Source of the DNA: Longimicrobiales bacterium
GTDB lineage: Bacteria; Gemmatimonadota; Gemmatimonadetes; Longimicrobiales; Gaopeijiaceae
Direction of reading: 5' to 3'
Assembly: GCA_965202805.1 (NCBI GenBank)
Contig: OZ241869.1
Coordinates: 1,152,001-1,216,000, forward strand
Length of the DNA: 64,000 nucleotides
A model generated the notes under the pieces. The model saw only the letters and a list, made by a program, of their open reading frames with translations. It was not told the origin of the DNA and did not search any database. Shown here in pieces: positions 19,839 through 29,154 of this stretch. Numbering within the stretch: position 1 is the first letter of the stretch; every line of letters starts with the position of its first letter. The translations under genes were made by a program, and so were the position numbers.

Positions 19839-20833
19839 GCGGCTTCCTCCTCGCGGTTCAGCTGCATGACGGCCTCGCGTACGGCGCGCAGGGCGAGCCG
19901 GGAGTCGCCAAGCAGGTGGTGAAGATGGCGCTCAAGCTGCCCGACCGGCGTAAGGTTGACCGGGGCACGAGCATCCCGGTGCAGTGCCGACGCGAAGGCC
20001 GGGAGCCACTGGGCGGCGCTGTCCACGGTCGCAATGGCCTGGTCGCGCCCGGCACTCATCGGCACCTCGATGCGCGCGATTCCCGCCCAGGGCCCGGCCC
20101 ACGGACCGGGATCGCCCACGCGAATGTAGCACGCGTACAGATCGTCCCTTATGGCGAACATGCTCGACCTCTCGCCCACACCGACACGCGGCACCCTTTG
20201 CCACTGCTCGATCACAAGCGTGCGGCGGTGGTGGGTCTTGACGTATCCGACCACCGGTGTCGTGCGGCTTCGGCGTATGCTGTGGAGTGGCCCGTCGAAC
20301 ACGGTCAGCCGCCCGTCCGCGAGGAGCCGATCGGCGACCTCGGCCTCGGTGTCTCGCATTATGCGCTGAAGGTGCCGCGCTGCGGCGTCGGGCTCGTCGC
20401 TGTCGACCGAAAGAGCCGCCCATCGCCATCCGCCCGCATGTGGACGCAGGCGCACCTGGTGTCCATCCGAAAAAATGACTGCTCTCCCGGTCGCTACGTG
20501 GGAGATCGCGGCGGGTCTGCCCGGCTCGATCAGCACTGCTCCCGCGCCCCACGCGCCCGCGATCCCCGTCGTGGTCTCGCCTGCGGGATTCGTCCGCGTG
20601 AGGTGCGCCTCGGTCCGGCGCACCCCGTCCACGAAACAGATGCGCGGAGGGCGACCCGCGTCCGGGGGTCTGTGGATGCGAAACGCGCCTCCATTCTCGA
20701 CCACACGGCACTCCACCGTATGGGTCTCGTCCTCACCGGCACGAAACCCCGCGCCGTGGGACGCGTCGAAGGGCTCAACTCCGACGAAGGCGCGGTCCGG
20801 CGTACGAATATCCCGAATGTGAAACCCCCTCAC
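19835..20833 (-). CDS. nurA: NurA-like nuclease
   Basis: FVDGVRR, VFDGPL, VGYVKTH, RAPVNLTPVGQLE motifs; GTG start overlaps the aroF stop; directly upstream of herA. Confidence 0.8.
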   Translation of the reverse strand: MRGFHIRDIRTPDRAFVGVEPFDASHGAGFRAGEDETHTVECRVVENGGAFRIHRPPDAGRPPRICFVDGVRRTEAHLTRTNPAGETTTGIAGAWGAGAVLIEPGRPAAISHVATGRAVIFSDGHQVRLRPHAGGWRWAALSVDSDEPDAAARHLQRIMRDTEAEVADRLLADGRLTVFDGPLHSIRRSRTTPVVGYVKTHHRRTLVIEQWQRVPRVGVGERSSMFAIRDDLYACYIRVGDPGPWAGPWAGIARIEVPMSAGRDQAIATVDSAAQWLPAFASALHRDARAPVNLTPVGQLERHLHHLLGDSRLALRAVREAVMQLNREEEAA

Positions 20834-21879
20834 GCCGTCTGGCGGACCTCCGCGAGCGGCGCCACCAGCGGCCGGCCGATGTGCTCGGCGATCCCGCGCA
20901 CCTGCGCCATCATCTCGACGAACTGCTCCGGGTAGAGCGACTGGGCTCCATCCGAGAGTGCCCTCGGCGGATCGGGATGCACCTCCACGATGAGGCCGTC
21001 CGCCCCGGCGGCGACCGCGGCGCGAGCCATGGGCGTCACCTTGTCGCGAATGCCGGTGCCGTGGCTGGGATCGGCGATGATGGGCAGGTGCGAGAGCGAC
21101 TGCACCACCGGGATCGCCGTCAGGTCGAACAGGTTGCGGGTTTCGGTGTCGAAGCTGCGCACCCCCCGCTCGCACAGGATGATGTTCGGGTTGCCCTCGG
21201 AGAGGATGTATTCAGCCGCGAGCAGCAGCTCCTTGATGGTGGCCGCGAGGCCGCGCTTCAGCAGGACGGGCCGCGGCGATCGTCCCGCGCGCCGCAGCAG
21301 TGGGTAGTTCTGCATGTTGCGGGCGCCGATCTGCACGATGTCGGCGTACTCCTCGACCGCATCGAGGCTTCTCACGTCAAGAGCCTCGGTCACTATGGCG
21401 AGACCGGTGGCTGCGCGGGCGCGCGCCAGAAACCTGAGGCCCTCGACCTCCAGCCCCTGGAACGAGTACGGCGAGGTGCGCGGCTTGTAGGCGCCGCCGC
21501 GCAGGATGGTGGCCCCCGCCTCCGCCACCCGCTCGGCCGCTTCCATGATCTGCCCCTCCGACTCGACCGAGCAGGGGCCGCCCATCACGGCGATCTCGCG
21601 CCCGCCGATGACGGTGCCGTTGGCGAGCGTGACCACGGTGTCTTCCTCGCGCCACTCTCGCGACACCTGCTTGTAGGGGCGGCTGACCGGGATGATCTCG
21701 AGGACCCCCGGGAGTCCCACCAGGCGGGCCTTGTCCACCCGCCCGTCGTTCCCGACCAGGCCGATTGCCGTGCGCTGGCGGCCGGGCATGGGATGCGCCT
21801 GGTATCCCATCGCGTGGATGGTGCCCACGGCCCCCTGGACGTCCTGGGCCGTGGCGTTGTGCTTCATGACGATGAGCAT
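20830..21879 (-). CDS. aroF: DAHP synthase (class I-beta with N-terminal regulatory domain)
   Basis: GPCSVE, RGGAYKPRTSPYSFQG, QIGARNMQN, DPSHGTG, EVHPDP..ALSDG. Confidence 0.95.
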   Translation of the reverse strand: MLIVMKHNATAQDVQGAVGTIHAMGYQAHPMPGRQRTAIGLVGNDGRVDKARLVGLPGVLEIIPVSRPYKQVSREWREEDTVVTLANGTVIGGREIAVMGGPCSVESEGQIMEAAERVAEAGATILRGGAYKPRTSPYSFQGLEVEGLRFLARARAATGLAIVTEALDVRSLDAVEEYADIVQIGARNMQNYPLLRRAGRSPRPVLLKRGLAATIKELLLAAEYILSEGNPNIILCERGVRSFDTETRNLFDLTAIPVVQSLSHLPIIADPSHGTGIRDKVTPMARAAVAAGADGLIVEVHPDPPRALSDGAQSLYPEQFVEMMAQVRGIAEHIGRPLVAPLAEVRQTA

Positions 21880-21982
21880 GTCCCTCTCGTGGATGAGATG
21901 TGTCTGCGAATCCGCAGAGCCGGGTTCACGTGCGGCCGCGGCGCGTGGCCGGGACGGCGTTCGATTGCAAGGACGGCGCGGC

Positions 21983-24900
21983 CTATGCAGACGCACCCGC
22001 TTCGAGGCGAACCCCTACCACCGAACTCACCCCCGGCTCCTCCATGGTCAGCCCGTAGATCCAGTCGGCCGCCTCGATGGTGCGCGGATTGTGGGTGATC
22101 ACCACGAACTGGCTCTGCTGCTTGAACTCTCGCAGAAGCTGAACGAAGCGGTCAATGTTGCTCTCGTCAAGCGGGGCATCCACTTCATCGAGCACGCAGA
22201 AGGGGCTCGGCTTCACGAGGTATATCCCGAAGAGCAGCGCGAGGGCGGTAAGCGCCCTCTCTCCCCCCGACAGCAGATCGATGCGGCGGGTCCTCTTGCC
22301 CATGGGAGAGGCGTGGATGTCGACGGGCCCTCCGAGGGGGTCATCCGGGTCGCCCAGACGCAGGTCGCACTCTCCGCCCTCGAACAGGCGCTGGAAGATG
22401 TTGCGGAAGTTCCCGCGCGCCGCTTCGAAGGTTTCGAGGAAGAGCCTGGTGGCGGTCTGGTCGATCTCGCGGATGGCGGCGCGCAGGTCGTTGCGCGCCC
22501 GCTCGAGGTCGTCGCGCTGCCCGGTCAGGAAGTTCAGGCGCTCGTTCTGTTCCGCGTGCTCTTCGATGGCGAGCATGTTGACCGGTCCGAGGCGCTCGAT
22601 CGACTGAACGAGCCCGGCCAGCTCCTCCTTCAGCTCGCCGGGGTCTCCCTCGACCGGTTCCGCCATCTCGACCAGCCTCTCGAAGGGACGCGCCCACTCC
22701 GTCTCCACGCGCTCGCGGATGAGAACGATCTTCCCGCCCAGCTCCTGCTCCTCCAGGTTCAGGTCGTGATGCCGGTCGGAGGCGGCCCGCTCGGCCGCGC
22801 GTGCGGCGTCGACCCTCCGGTCGGCATGCCTGACCTCCTCTCTCGCCCGCTCGAGGGTCGCGTCATCCTCCGCGAGCCTCCCGCGCGCGCGGTCGCGCCG
22901 CTTGAAGAGCCGCTCGACGGCCTTGCCCCCGCGTGCGAGCAGCGCCCGGGCTTCGGCCACCTCGCGGCCAAGCTGCCCTTCCTCCTTCTCCAGCCGCGCG
23001 AGCTGTGAGGAGGCCTGCGCCTCCGCCCTGCCCAGATCGCCCAAGCGCTCGTCGGCGCGCGCGAGTTCGCCCTCCTGCTGATTCGACTGGATGGCGAGCC
23101 GGGCCTCGTCCACGCGTGCGCGCTCCCAGTCCCCCTCCGCCACCTCGAGCACCTCGGCGGCCCGTTCTCCACGACGGCGCAGGGCGGCGGCTTCGGCGGT
23201 GAGGCCTTCCAGTTCCTCCCGCTGTGCGTGCTCCCGGCCGGTCGCGGCGGCGACGGCTTCCCGGGTGTCGCGGACGCGCCGTGCGAGGTCGTCGCTGTCC
23301 CGTGTCAGCCGGGTGCGACGCTCCTCCTGCGTGCTTCGGTCCGCCCGGGCGGCGCGCAGGTCGTCTGCGGCGCGCGACAGGGCCGCGCGCCGCTCCCCGA
23401 GCACCTTCTCCGCCCGCTCGACACGCGCCTGCGCCGCCTCGCGCGCCCCCCGGGCGCGCGAGGCTTCCCGGGTGGCGGCGACGGCGGCCTCCTCGAGGGC
23501 CGCGAGCTTGCCGCGGCGTTCGAGGAGGCCGGCCGTCCCCGCGGGGTTGCCCACGACCACCACGCCGCGCGCGTCCACCGACGCGGGCGGGCGGTCCCGC
23601 CCGGGCGTCCCGGCCGCTCCGGCGGAGTCCAGAGGCTCGATGCGCTCCACTCCGGCCAGAAGCACCCGCACCCAGGGAGCGCCCGGGCCCTCCGGGCGAA
23701 GCCCGCCCAGCAGCGATCCCGGTGGACCCGCCTCGGCGGCCTCGTCGAGCGGGAGGAGGACGATCCCTCCGCCCTCCGACCACTCCTCGGCGAACCACCG
23801 GCGCAGGCGCGCGGCGGCCTCGCCGTCCTCCACCAGCAGCGCCTGGGCCAGATGCCCCAGGTACGATTCCGCCGCGCTCAGCGCGCCGGCCGGGCCCGCG
23901 ATGCACTGCGACAGCGTGCCGAGCACGAGATCCGGACGCGCCTCGCGGGCCGCCCGCACCACCGGCTCGTAGCCGACCCCATCCCGCTCCATGGTCTCGA
24001 GGGCGCTCCGCCGGGCCGCAAGCCCCGAGGCCTGGTCGGCCGCCTCCACTTCGGCGGCTCGCGCCCGCACCTGCGCACTGCGTGCCTCCTCGAAGTCCCG
24101 CAGCCCCTCGTCCACCTTTGTACGGGCCCGCGCTGCCGAAGCCTCGAGGCGGCCCATCCGGTCGTCGGACTCCCCGCCCTCCCGGCGCATGCCGGTCAGT
24201 GCGAGCTCGGTCTGCGAGGCACGTTCCTCGAGCCGGACCAGGCGACCACGCAACTCGTCCACCCGGGTGCGCGAGGCGCCCACGGTCCCCTCCATGCCGG
24301 CCACCCGGCGCAACAGTCTCCGTTCCCTGCCGCGCACTTCTGCGAGCGTCGCGCGCGCTCGCCTGAGCCGTTCCCTCGCGCGCGCCGTAACCTGCCGCGC
24401 CTGCCCCGCCTCCGCGCGCACTTCGGCCAGTTCGGCCGCGGTCCGGGCGCGCGACCTCCGCAGCTCGGCCAGTTCGCGCGCCAGTTCGCCGGAACGCCGG
24501 CCCGCCACCTCCTGATCCTCGCCGATCTGCCCCAGTCGCCGATCGGCGTAGACGATGCGCTCGCGCGCAACCGCCAGGTCCCGCTCCCAGCGCACCAGAT
24601 CCTTCTGGATGCTGCCGAGTACTCCCGCCGCCTCGGTGCGCGATTTCTCGGCCTCCAGGCTTCGCACCCGCGAGGCCTCGCGCTCGGTCTCGGCCGTCCG
24701 GAGCTCGATCAGCGTCGCCTGCTGCGCCTCCTGCTCGCGCGCGAGCAGCTCCCGAACCTTCGTCAGGCGATCCTCGAACTCGACAAGGTCCGCCGACACC
24801 ACCGCGACCTCAACCGACAGGCGTCGCTTCCTCAGGCCGTGGTAGCGCTGTGCCTTTCCCTTCTGGCGCGCCAGGGAGCGGACCTTGGTCGCCACCTCCG

Positions 24901-25486
24901 CGATAACGTCCTCCAGCCGCTCCAGGTCCAGCTCCGCCCGGGCAAGCCGCTGTCCCGCGATCCGGCTCCGGTCCTTGTACTTGCCGATGCCCGCAGCCTC
25001 CTCGAACAACCCGCGGCGCTCTCCCGCCCGCTCCGAGAGAATCGCGTCGATCATGCGGCTCTCGATGATCGCGTAGGCGTTGGCGCCCAGTCCGGTGTCC
25101 CGGCACAGCTCCTGGACGTCGCGCAGGCGACAGGTGGTGCGGTTGATCGAGTACTCGCTGCCGCCATCGCGGTACACCGTGCGGCCGATCTCGACTTCGC
25201 CGAAGGGAACCGGGAGCAGCCCGTCCTCGTTGGTGACCCGGAGGATGACCGATCCGCGGTTGATGGGCCGCCGATGGACCGTTCCCTGGAAGATCACCTC
25301 CTCCATGCGCGAGCCGCGTACGACCGTGGGACGCTGCTCGCCAAGCACCCAGCGAACCGCGTCGCTGATGTTGGATTTTCCGCAGCCGTTCGGGCCCACG
25401 ATCGCGGTAATGCCCTCGTGAAACACGATGTCGGTCCGTTCGGGAAACGACTTGAACCCGTGCAGGCTGAGCGAGGCGAGCTTCAT
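21983..25486 (-). CDS. smc: Chromosome segregation protein SMC
   Basis: GFKSF, GPNGCGKSN, FEEAAGI, LGPVN, LSGGE, PFCVLDEVDAPLD. Confidence 0.96.
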   Translation of the reverse strand: MKLASLSLHGFKSFPERTDIVFHEGITAIVGPNGCGKSNISDAVRWVLGEQRPTVVRGSRMEEVIFQGTVHRRPINRGSVILRVTNEDGLLPVPFGEVEIGRTVYRDGGSEYSINRTTCRLRDVQELCRDTGLGANAYAIIESRMIDAILSERAGERRGLFEEAAGIGKYKDRSRIAGQRLARAELDLERLEDVIAEVATKVRSLARQKGKAQRYHGLRKRRLSVEVAVVSADLVEFEDRLTKVRELLAREQEAQQATLIELRTAETEREASRVRSLEAEKSRTEAAGVLGSIQKDLVRWERDLAVARERIVYADRRLGQIGEDQEVAGRRSGELARELAELRRSRARTAAELAEVRAEAGQARQVTARARERLRRARATLAEVRGRERRLLRRVAGMEGTVGASRTRVDELRGRLVRLEERASQTELALTGMRREGGESDDRMGRLEASAARARTKVDEGLRDFEEARSAQVRARAAEVEAADQASGLAARRSALETMERDGVGYEPVVRAAREARPDLVLGTLSQCIAGPAGALSAAESYLGHLAQALLVEDGEAAARLRRWFAEEWSEGGGIVLLPLDEAAEAGPPGSLLGGLRPEGPGAPWVRVLLAGVERIEPLDSAGAAGTPGRDRPPASVDARGVVVVGNPAGTAGLLERRGKLAALEEAAVAATREASRARGAREAAQARVERAEKVLGERRAALSRAADDLRAARADRSTQEERRTRLTRDSDDLARRVRDTREAVAAATGREHAQREELEGLTAEAAALRRRGERAAEVLEVAEGDWERARVDEARLAIQSNQQEGELARADERLGDLGRAEAQASSQLARLEKEEGQLGREVAEARALLARGGKAVERLFKRRDRARGRLAEDDATLERAREEVRHADRRVDAARAAERAASDRHHDLNLEEQELGGKIVLIRERVETEWARPFERLVEMAEPVEGDPGELKEELAGLVQSIERLGPVNMLAIEEHAEQNERLNFLTGQRDDLERARNDLRAAIREIDQTATRLFLETFEAARGNFRNIFQRLFEGGECDLRLGDPDDPLGGPVDIHASPMGKRTRRIDLLSGGERALTALALLFGIYLVKPSPFCVLDEVDAPLDESNIDRFVQLLREFKQQSQFVVITHNPRTIEAADWIYGLTMEEPGVSSVVGVRLEAGASA

Positions 25487-26481
25487 CGGGCGAAGAACCC
25501 GCTCACCCACGCCAGGAGGTTCTCGAACAGGTCCCGGAGCCGGCCGGCTCCGGGCACGTCGGCAATCCCGGCATTGTCGATCCCCATCAGGATCATCAGC
25601 GCCGCGAACAGGACCAGCACCACGAACGCCGCGATGCTGAGGCCCCGACCCCGTTCGTGGGAGACAGTCACGGGCTCCGGGCCGTCCGGGGGCTGCGCGC
25701 GGGCGGTTGCCGCGGCTGCCGGAGCCGGCTCCGCTTCGGCCACGGAGGGGTCGTCCTCTTCCGCGTCGTCATCGAATCCCTGCCACAGCGAGGCTCTGTA
25801 CGTCTGCTTGCCGAGGCGGTTCCGTCCCTTCCCGGTCGCCATCGTGACGGAAGTACCATTGGGCGCCGGACCCAGCAGAGCGATGGCATCCCTGAGTCCC
25901 ACACGTCCCAGCACGCCCATGGGTTCGCCCTTGCAGGCAAGCACGATCGAAGGGGTGCCGCGCGGATGGAAGGGCGATTCGGCAGCCTGATAGGTGACGA
26001 CCATGACGCCGCGCTCGACCAGGGTCGCAAGAAGACGATGCCACGCGGGCCGGTGGAGCAGGCGGCGCGGACTCGCCACGGGAGTCCCCGCCGTGGCCAC
26101 CCAGAAGCTCCCGTCGTTGGCGGGGCGCGCGATTCGCCTCAGGGAAGCGCCGTACTCGATGGCGTCGCTGATACCCTCGAGGTTTCCGCTGTTGAACGCC
26201 CGGTGCAGATGGGGCTCGTCGAAGCACAGGTCGACGAGCAGCACGCGTGCTCCCCGGGAGGCCCAGTTCCCCGCGATCGCCACCGCGGCGTGGACCGCCC
26301 AATCCTTGTGGCGTGCCCCGGAACTGGCCCGGACCTCGACCAGACGCCCATGCTCCGGGCCGACCGGAAGGTCGAGTTCCAGGATGTCGGAGAGGGTGTC
26401 CCGGGAATAGTCGAAGGGCTGCAACTGCAGCGCAGCATTGCCGCGTTCGGATCCCGCGGATGCGTCACCGCGGGGGGTCAT
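25483..26481 (-). CDS. Hypothetical membrane-anchored protein with degenerate MinD/ParA/BY-kinase-like domain
   Basis: GARVLLVDL...P.LH..F....EGISD pattern without an intact Walker A; acidic linker; C-terminal TM helix. Confidence 0.65.
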   Translation of the reverse strand: MTPRGDASAGSERGNAALQLQPFDYSRDTLSDILELDLPVGPEHGRLVEVRASSGARHKDWAVHAAVAIAGNWASRGARVLLVDLCFDEPHLHRAFNSGNLEGISDAIEYGASLRRIARPANDGSFWVATAGTPVASPRRLLHRPAWHRLLATLVERGVMVVTYQAAESPFHPRGTPSIVLACKGEPMGVLGRVGLRDAIALLGPAPNGTSVTMATGKGRNRLGKQTYRASLWQGFDDDAEEDDPSVAEAEPAPAAAATARAQPPDGPEPVTVSHERGRGLSIAAFVVLVLFAALMILMGIDNAGIADVPGAGRLRDLFENLLAWVSGFFAR

Positions 26482-26870
26482 GGCGGCCCGGCCTCCGTGT
26501 CTGCCGCAAGCTCGTGCCTGGGCGCGTCCCCCCAGAGCGCCTCCAGCTGATAGAAGGATCGCACCTCGGGGTGAAACACGTGGACGACGAAGTCGATGTA
26601 GTCGATCAGCACCCAGCGGGCTTCCCGGCCTCCCTCCGTGTGCGCGGGGTGGGTTCCCTCTTTGCGCAGCTGCCGGGTCACGTGGTCCGAGATCGAACGC
26701 ACCTGGGTGTCGGAGGTGCCGGTGGCCAGGAGAAAGTAGTCGGTGGCCGCGGAGATGCCGCGCAGGTCGAGCACGACCACGTCGCTGGCCTTGCGTTCGA
26801 GCGTCAACCGGGCCGCCCGCCGGATCGCGGGCGGGAGACCGGAATCGCCGGAAAAGGCAGCTTCGACCAT
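26478..26870 (-). CDS. rsfS: Ribosome silencing factor
   Basis: KASDVVVLD, DYFLLATG, WVLIDYIDFVVHVF, FYQLEALW. Confidence 0.95.
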   Translation of the reverse strand: MVEAAFSGDSGLPPAIRRAARLTLERKASDVVVLDLRGISAATDYFLLATGTSDTQVRSISDHVTRQLRKEGTHPAHTEGGREARWVLIDYIDFVVHVFHPEVRSFYQLEALWGDAPRHELAADTEAGPP

Positions 26871-26889
26871 GCGCGGGCGCCCGGCGGGC

Positions 26890-27345
26890 TCAGCTCGTCC
26901 TTTCCACGTGCACGGTCACCTTGACCTCCACTTCCGCGTGGAGCTTGATCGGGACGTCGAAGACGCCCAGCGTCTTGATCGGTTCCGCAAGGTTGACGTG
27001 TCGCTTGTCCAGAACGAAGTCGAGCCCCGAGGTGACGGCCCGTTCGGCGATGTCGGCCGCGGTCACCGAGCCGAACAGCTTGTCGGTCTCGCCCGCGCGG
27101 GCCCGGAACACGAGGTGCATGCCCTCGAGCCTGGAGGCGCGCCGGCGGGCTTCCAGGTACGCCCTGCGGGCCTGCTCCTCCGCCCGCTTCCGCTCCCGCT
27201 CCAGCCGGCGGACATTGGCTGCCGATGCTTCGTAGGCGAGGCCGCGGGGCAGGAGGAAGTTGCGGGCATAGCCCGGTTTCACGTTCACGACATCGCCCGG
27301 TTCACCGAGGCGGTCCACGGCTTCCTTGAGGATCAGTTTCACCAT
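26890..27345 (-). CDS. rplI: 50S ribosomal protein L9
   Basis: VKPGYARNFLLP, KLFGSVT, PIKTLG. Confidence 0.97.
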   Translation of the reverse strand: MVKLILKEAVDRLGEPGDVVNVKPGYARNFLLPRGLAYEASAANVRRLERERKRAEEQARRAYLEARRRASRLEGMHLVFRARAGETDKLFGSVTAADIAERAVTSGLDFVLDKRHVNLAEPIKTLGVFDVPIKLHAEVEVKVTVHVERTS

Positions 27346-27411
27346 CCACTCCTGGTTTCTCGAAACATGCGGGCCTGCGCCGTCAGACGCTACGCAGACC
27401 GGGGTTGTCGG

Positions 27412-28314
27412 TCACGTCCGCCGGGCCCGGGCGCGGATGTCCACCCAGGTGTCCACCAGCCCGATCAGCAGTGCCGCTGCGAACAGAAAGGGTGCCAGCA
27501 GCAGGAAGGCGAGCGCAAGCAGCCCCCATCCGAAGGCGGACACGCCGCGGGTCAGGGCGACCGCCACGCCGGCGCCGCGCAACGCATAGAGCGCGCCGGT
27601 GAAGGCAAGCAGGTTCAGCCCCGCCCGGCCCGTGGCGCCGTCGGGCTGCAGGATGAACATCACCGCGCCCGCGACCAGCAGCCACACCAACTGGTCGTTG
27701 AACCGGAAGTCGCGCAGCGGGCCGATTCCTTCGCTGTTTCCCCGCACCAGGCGGACGTAGAGCCACCATGCGGTTCCCAGCGCGGCGAGAGACGATAGCC
27801 CGAGCATCGCCGGAAACAGGTTGCTCTGCCACTCCGCCGCCTGGAACACCGTGCTGATTACGGTCCCGGGGAGCGGAGTTCCGTCCCGGAGCACGCGCAG
27901 GGCTTCCAGGGACGTGCTCACTCCGTCCCGCAACCTGGTCGCCACCATCCGGTCGATGATTGCCCAGCGCCGGGGGCTCAGCCCCAGGGCGGCCCATGCG
28001 CCGGCACCGGAAACCGCGATGGCCAGCAGCGCCCGGGGCAGGAACCGCCGTTCGGGCCACCGCAGCGTCACGGCGGCGAAGCAGCCGCCCAGGATGATCG
28101 TCCATCCACGCTCCACGTACCACAATCCGGATCGGGTCGCGCCCGCCAGGGCCACCACCATCCCCAGAGCGCCGGCCATCAGGGGCAGGACCCGCCTCGC
28201 GGGCGTGCTGAATACAAGACACGCGAACGGGATCAACACCAGGACGGGGGGCGCGAAGACGGAGAGCAGCAGGACGGCGAAAAACAGGGCTCCCGCTCGT
28301 CCCCAGCCCCTCAA
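27412..28314 (-). CDS. DUF2232/YybS-like membrane protein
   Basis: Multi-TM protein ending IGLVDTWVDIR; sits between rpsR and rplI as YybS does. Confidence 0.8.
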   Translation of the reverse strand: MRGWGRAGALFFAVLLLSVFAPPVLVLIPFACLVFSTPARRVLPLMAGALGMVVALAGATRSGLWYVERGWTIILGGCFAAVTLRWPERRFLPRALLAIAVSGAGAWAALGLSPRRWAIIDRMVATRLRDGVSTSLEALRVLRDGTPLPGTVISTVFQAAEWQSNLFPAMLGLSSLAALGTAWWLYVRLVRGNSEGIGPLRDFRFNDQLVWLLVAGAVMFILQPDGATGRAGLNLLAFTGALYALRGAGVAVALTRGVSAFGWGLLALAFLLLAPFLFAAALLIGLVDTWVDIRARARRT

Positions 28315-28341
28315 CGCCGTCCCCTCCCCACCAGGGGCCGG

Positions 28342-28992
28342 CTATCCCTCGTGACGGCGCACGTAGGGAAGCAGGGCCAGGTAGCGCGCCCGCTTCACCG
28401 CCCGTCCCAGCTTGCGCTGAAATCCGGCGGCCACGCGGGTGGTACGCCGGGGGAGGAGCTTGCCCTGCTCGGTGACGAAGCGCGACAGCGTCGCCACATC
28501 CTTGTAGTTCAGGATGGTGATCGGAGGACCTTCGATGCGCCTGCGGTGACCGCGCCCACCGGAGAACTCGGGCGGGCTCGTGCGGACTTCGGCTTCTTCT
28601 TCCCCGCCCTCCTCCTCGCCCCCGGCGTTGTCGTCTCCACCGGATTCCTCCGCGGCACTGGAGGCTGGAGGGGTCGCGGCCACCACCGACAGGCCCGAGG
28701 AAGGTTCGCCCTCGTTTACCACGAGGAGATACCGGAGCACGCCCTCGTCGAGCTTCATGATGCGCTCCAGTTCGGGCAGGCTCGCAGGATCGCCGAGAAA
28801 CTGCGTCACGACGTAGTAGCCGGAGGTCTGCTTCTGGATGGGGTAGGCGAGCCGGCGGCCGCCCCAGTGGTCCACGACCCTGATTTCGGCATCCCCACCG
28901 GACACCAGGCCGTGGAATCGATCCATCTTCTGCTGGATGGCATCCTCGCCCACGGCGGGATGGAAAATCACAACGAGTTCATAGTCGCGCAT
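28342..28992 (-). CDS. rpsF-rpsR: Fused 30S ribosomal proteins S6-S18 (rpsF-rpsR)
   Basis: S6: [12 protein letters not shown]...[10 protein letters not shown]...VLRYLLV; acidic linker; S18: [24 protein letters not shown]...[20 protein letters not shown]; one continuous frame. Confidence 0.92.
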   Translation of the reverse strand: MRDYELVVIFHPAVGEDAIQQKMDRFHGLVSGGDAEIRVVDHWGGRRLAYPIQKQTSGYYVVTQFLGDPASLPELERIMKLDEGVLRYLLVVNEGEPSSGLSVVAATPPASSAAEESGGDDNAGGEEEGGEEEAEVRTSPPEFSGGRGHRRRIEGPPITILNYKDVATLSRFVTEQGKLLPRRTTRVAAGFQRKLGRAVKRARYLALLPYVRRHEG

Positions 28993-29086
28993 GGTCTCTC
29001 CCATGGACCGCGTGTTGACGGGCCTCGCTCCCGGGAGGCTGTTCGCGGGAAGATTCCCTCCGGGGCCGAGGCGGGATCGGCAAGGG

Positions 29087-29114
29087 AATATACCCTTCCC
29101 GGCCGGAGCTTCAA
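29087..29114 (-). promoter_or_regulatory. Putative sigma70 promoter of rpsF-rpsR
   Basis: TTGAAG-16 nt-TATATT on the minus strand. Confidence 0.55.
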
Positions 29115-29154
29115 CCCGGAGGCCGTCGCGTGGGCAAGGTTCCGGCCCGGAGGG

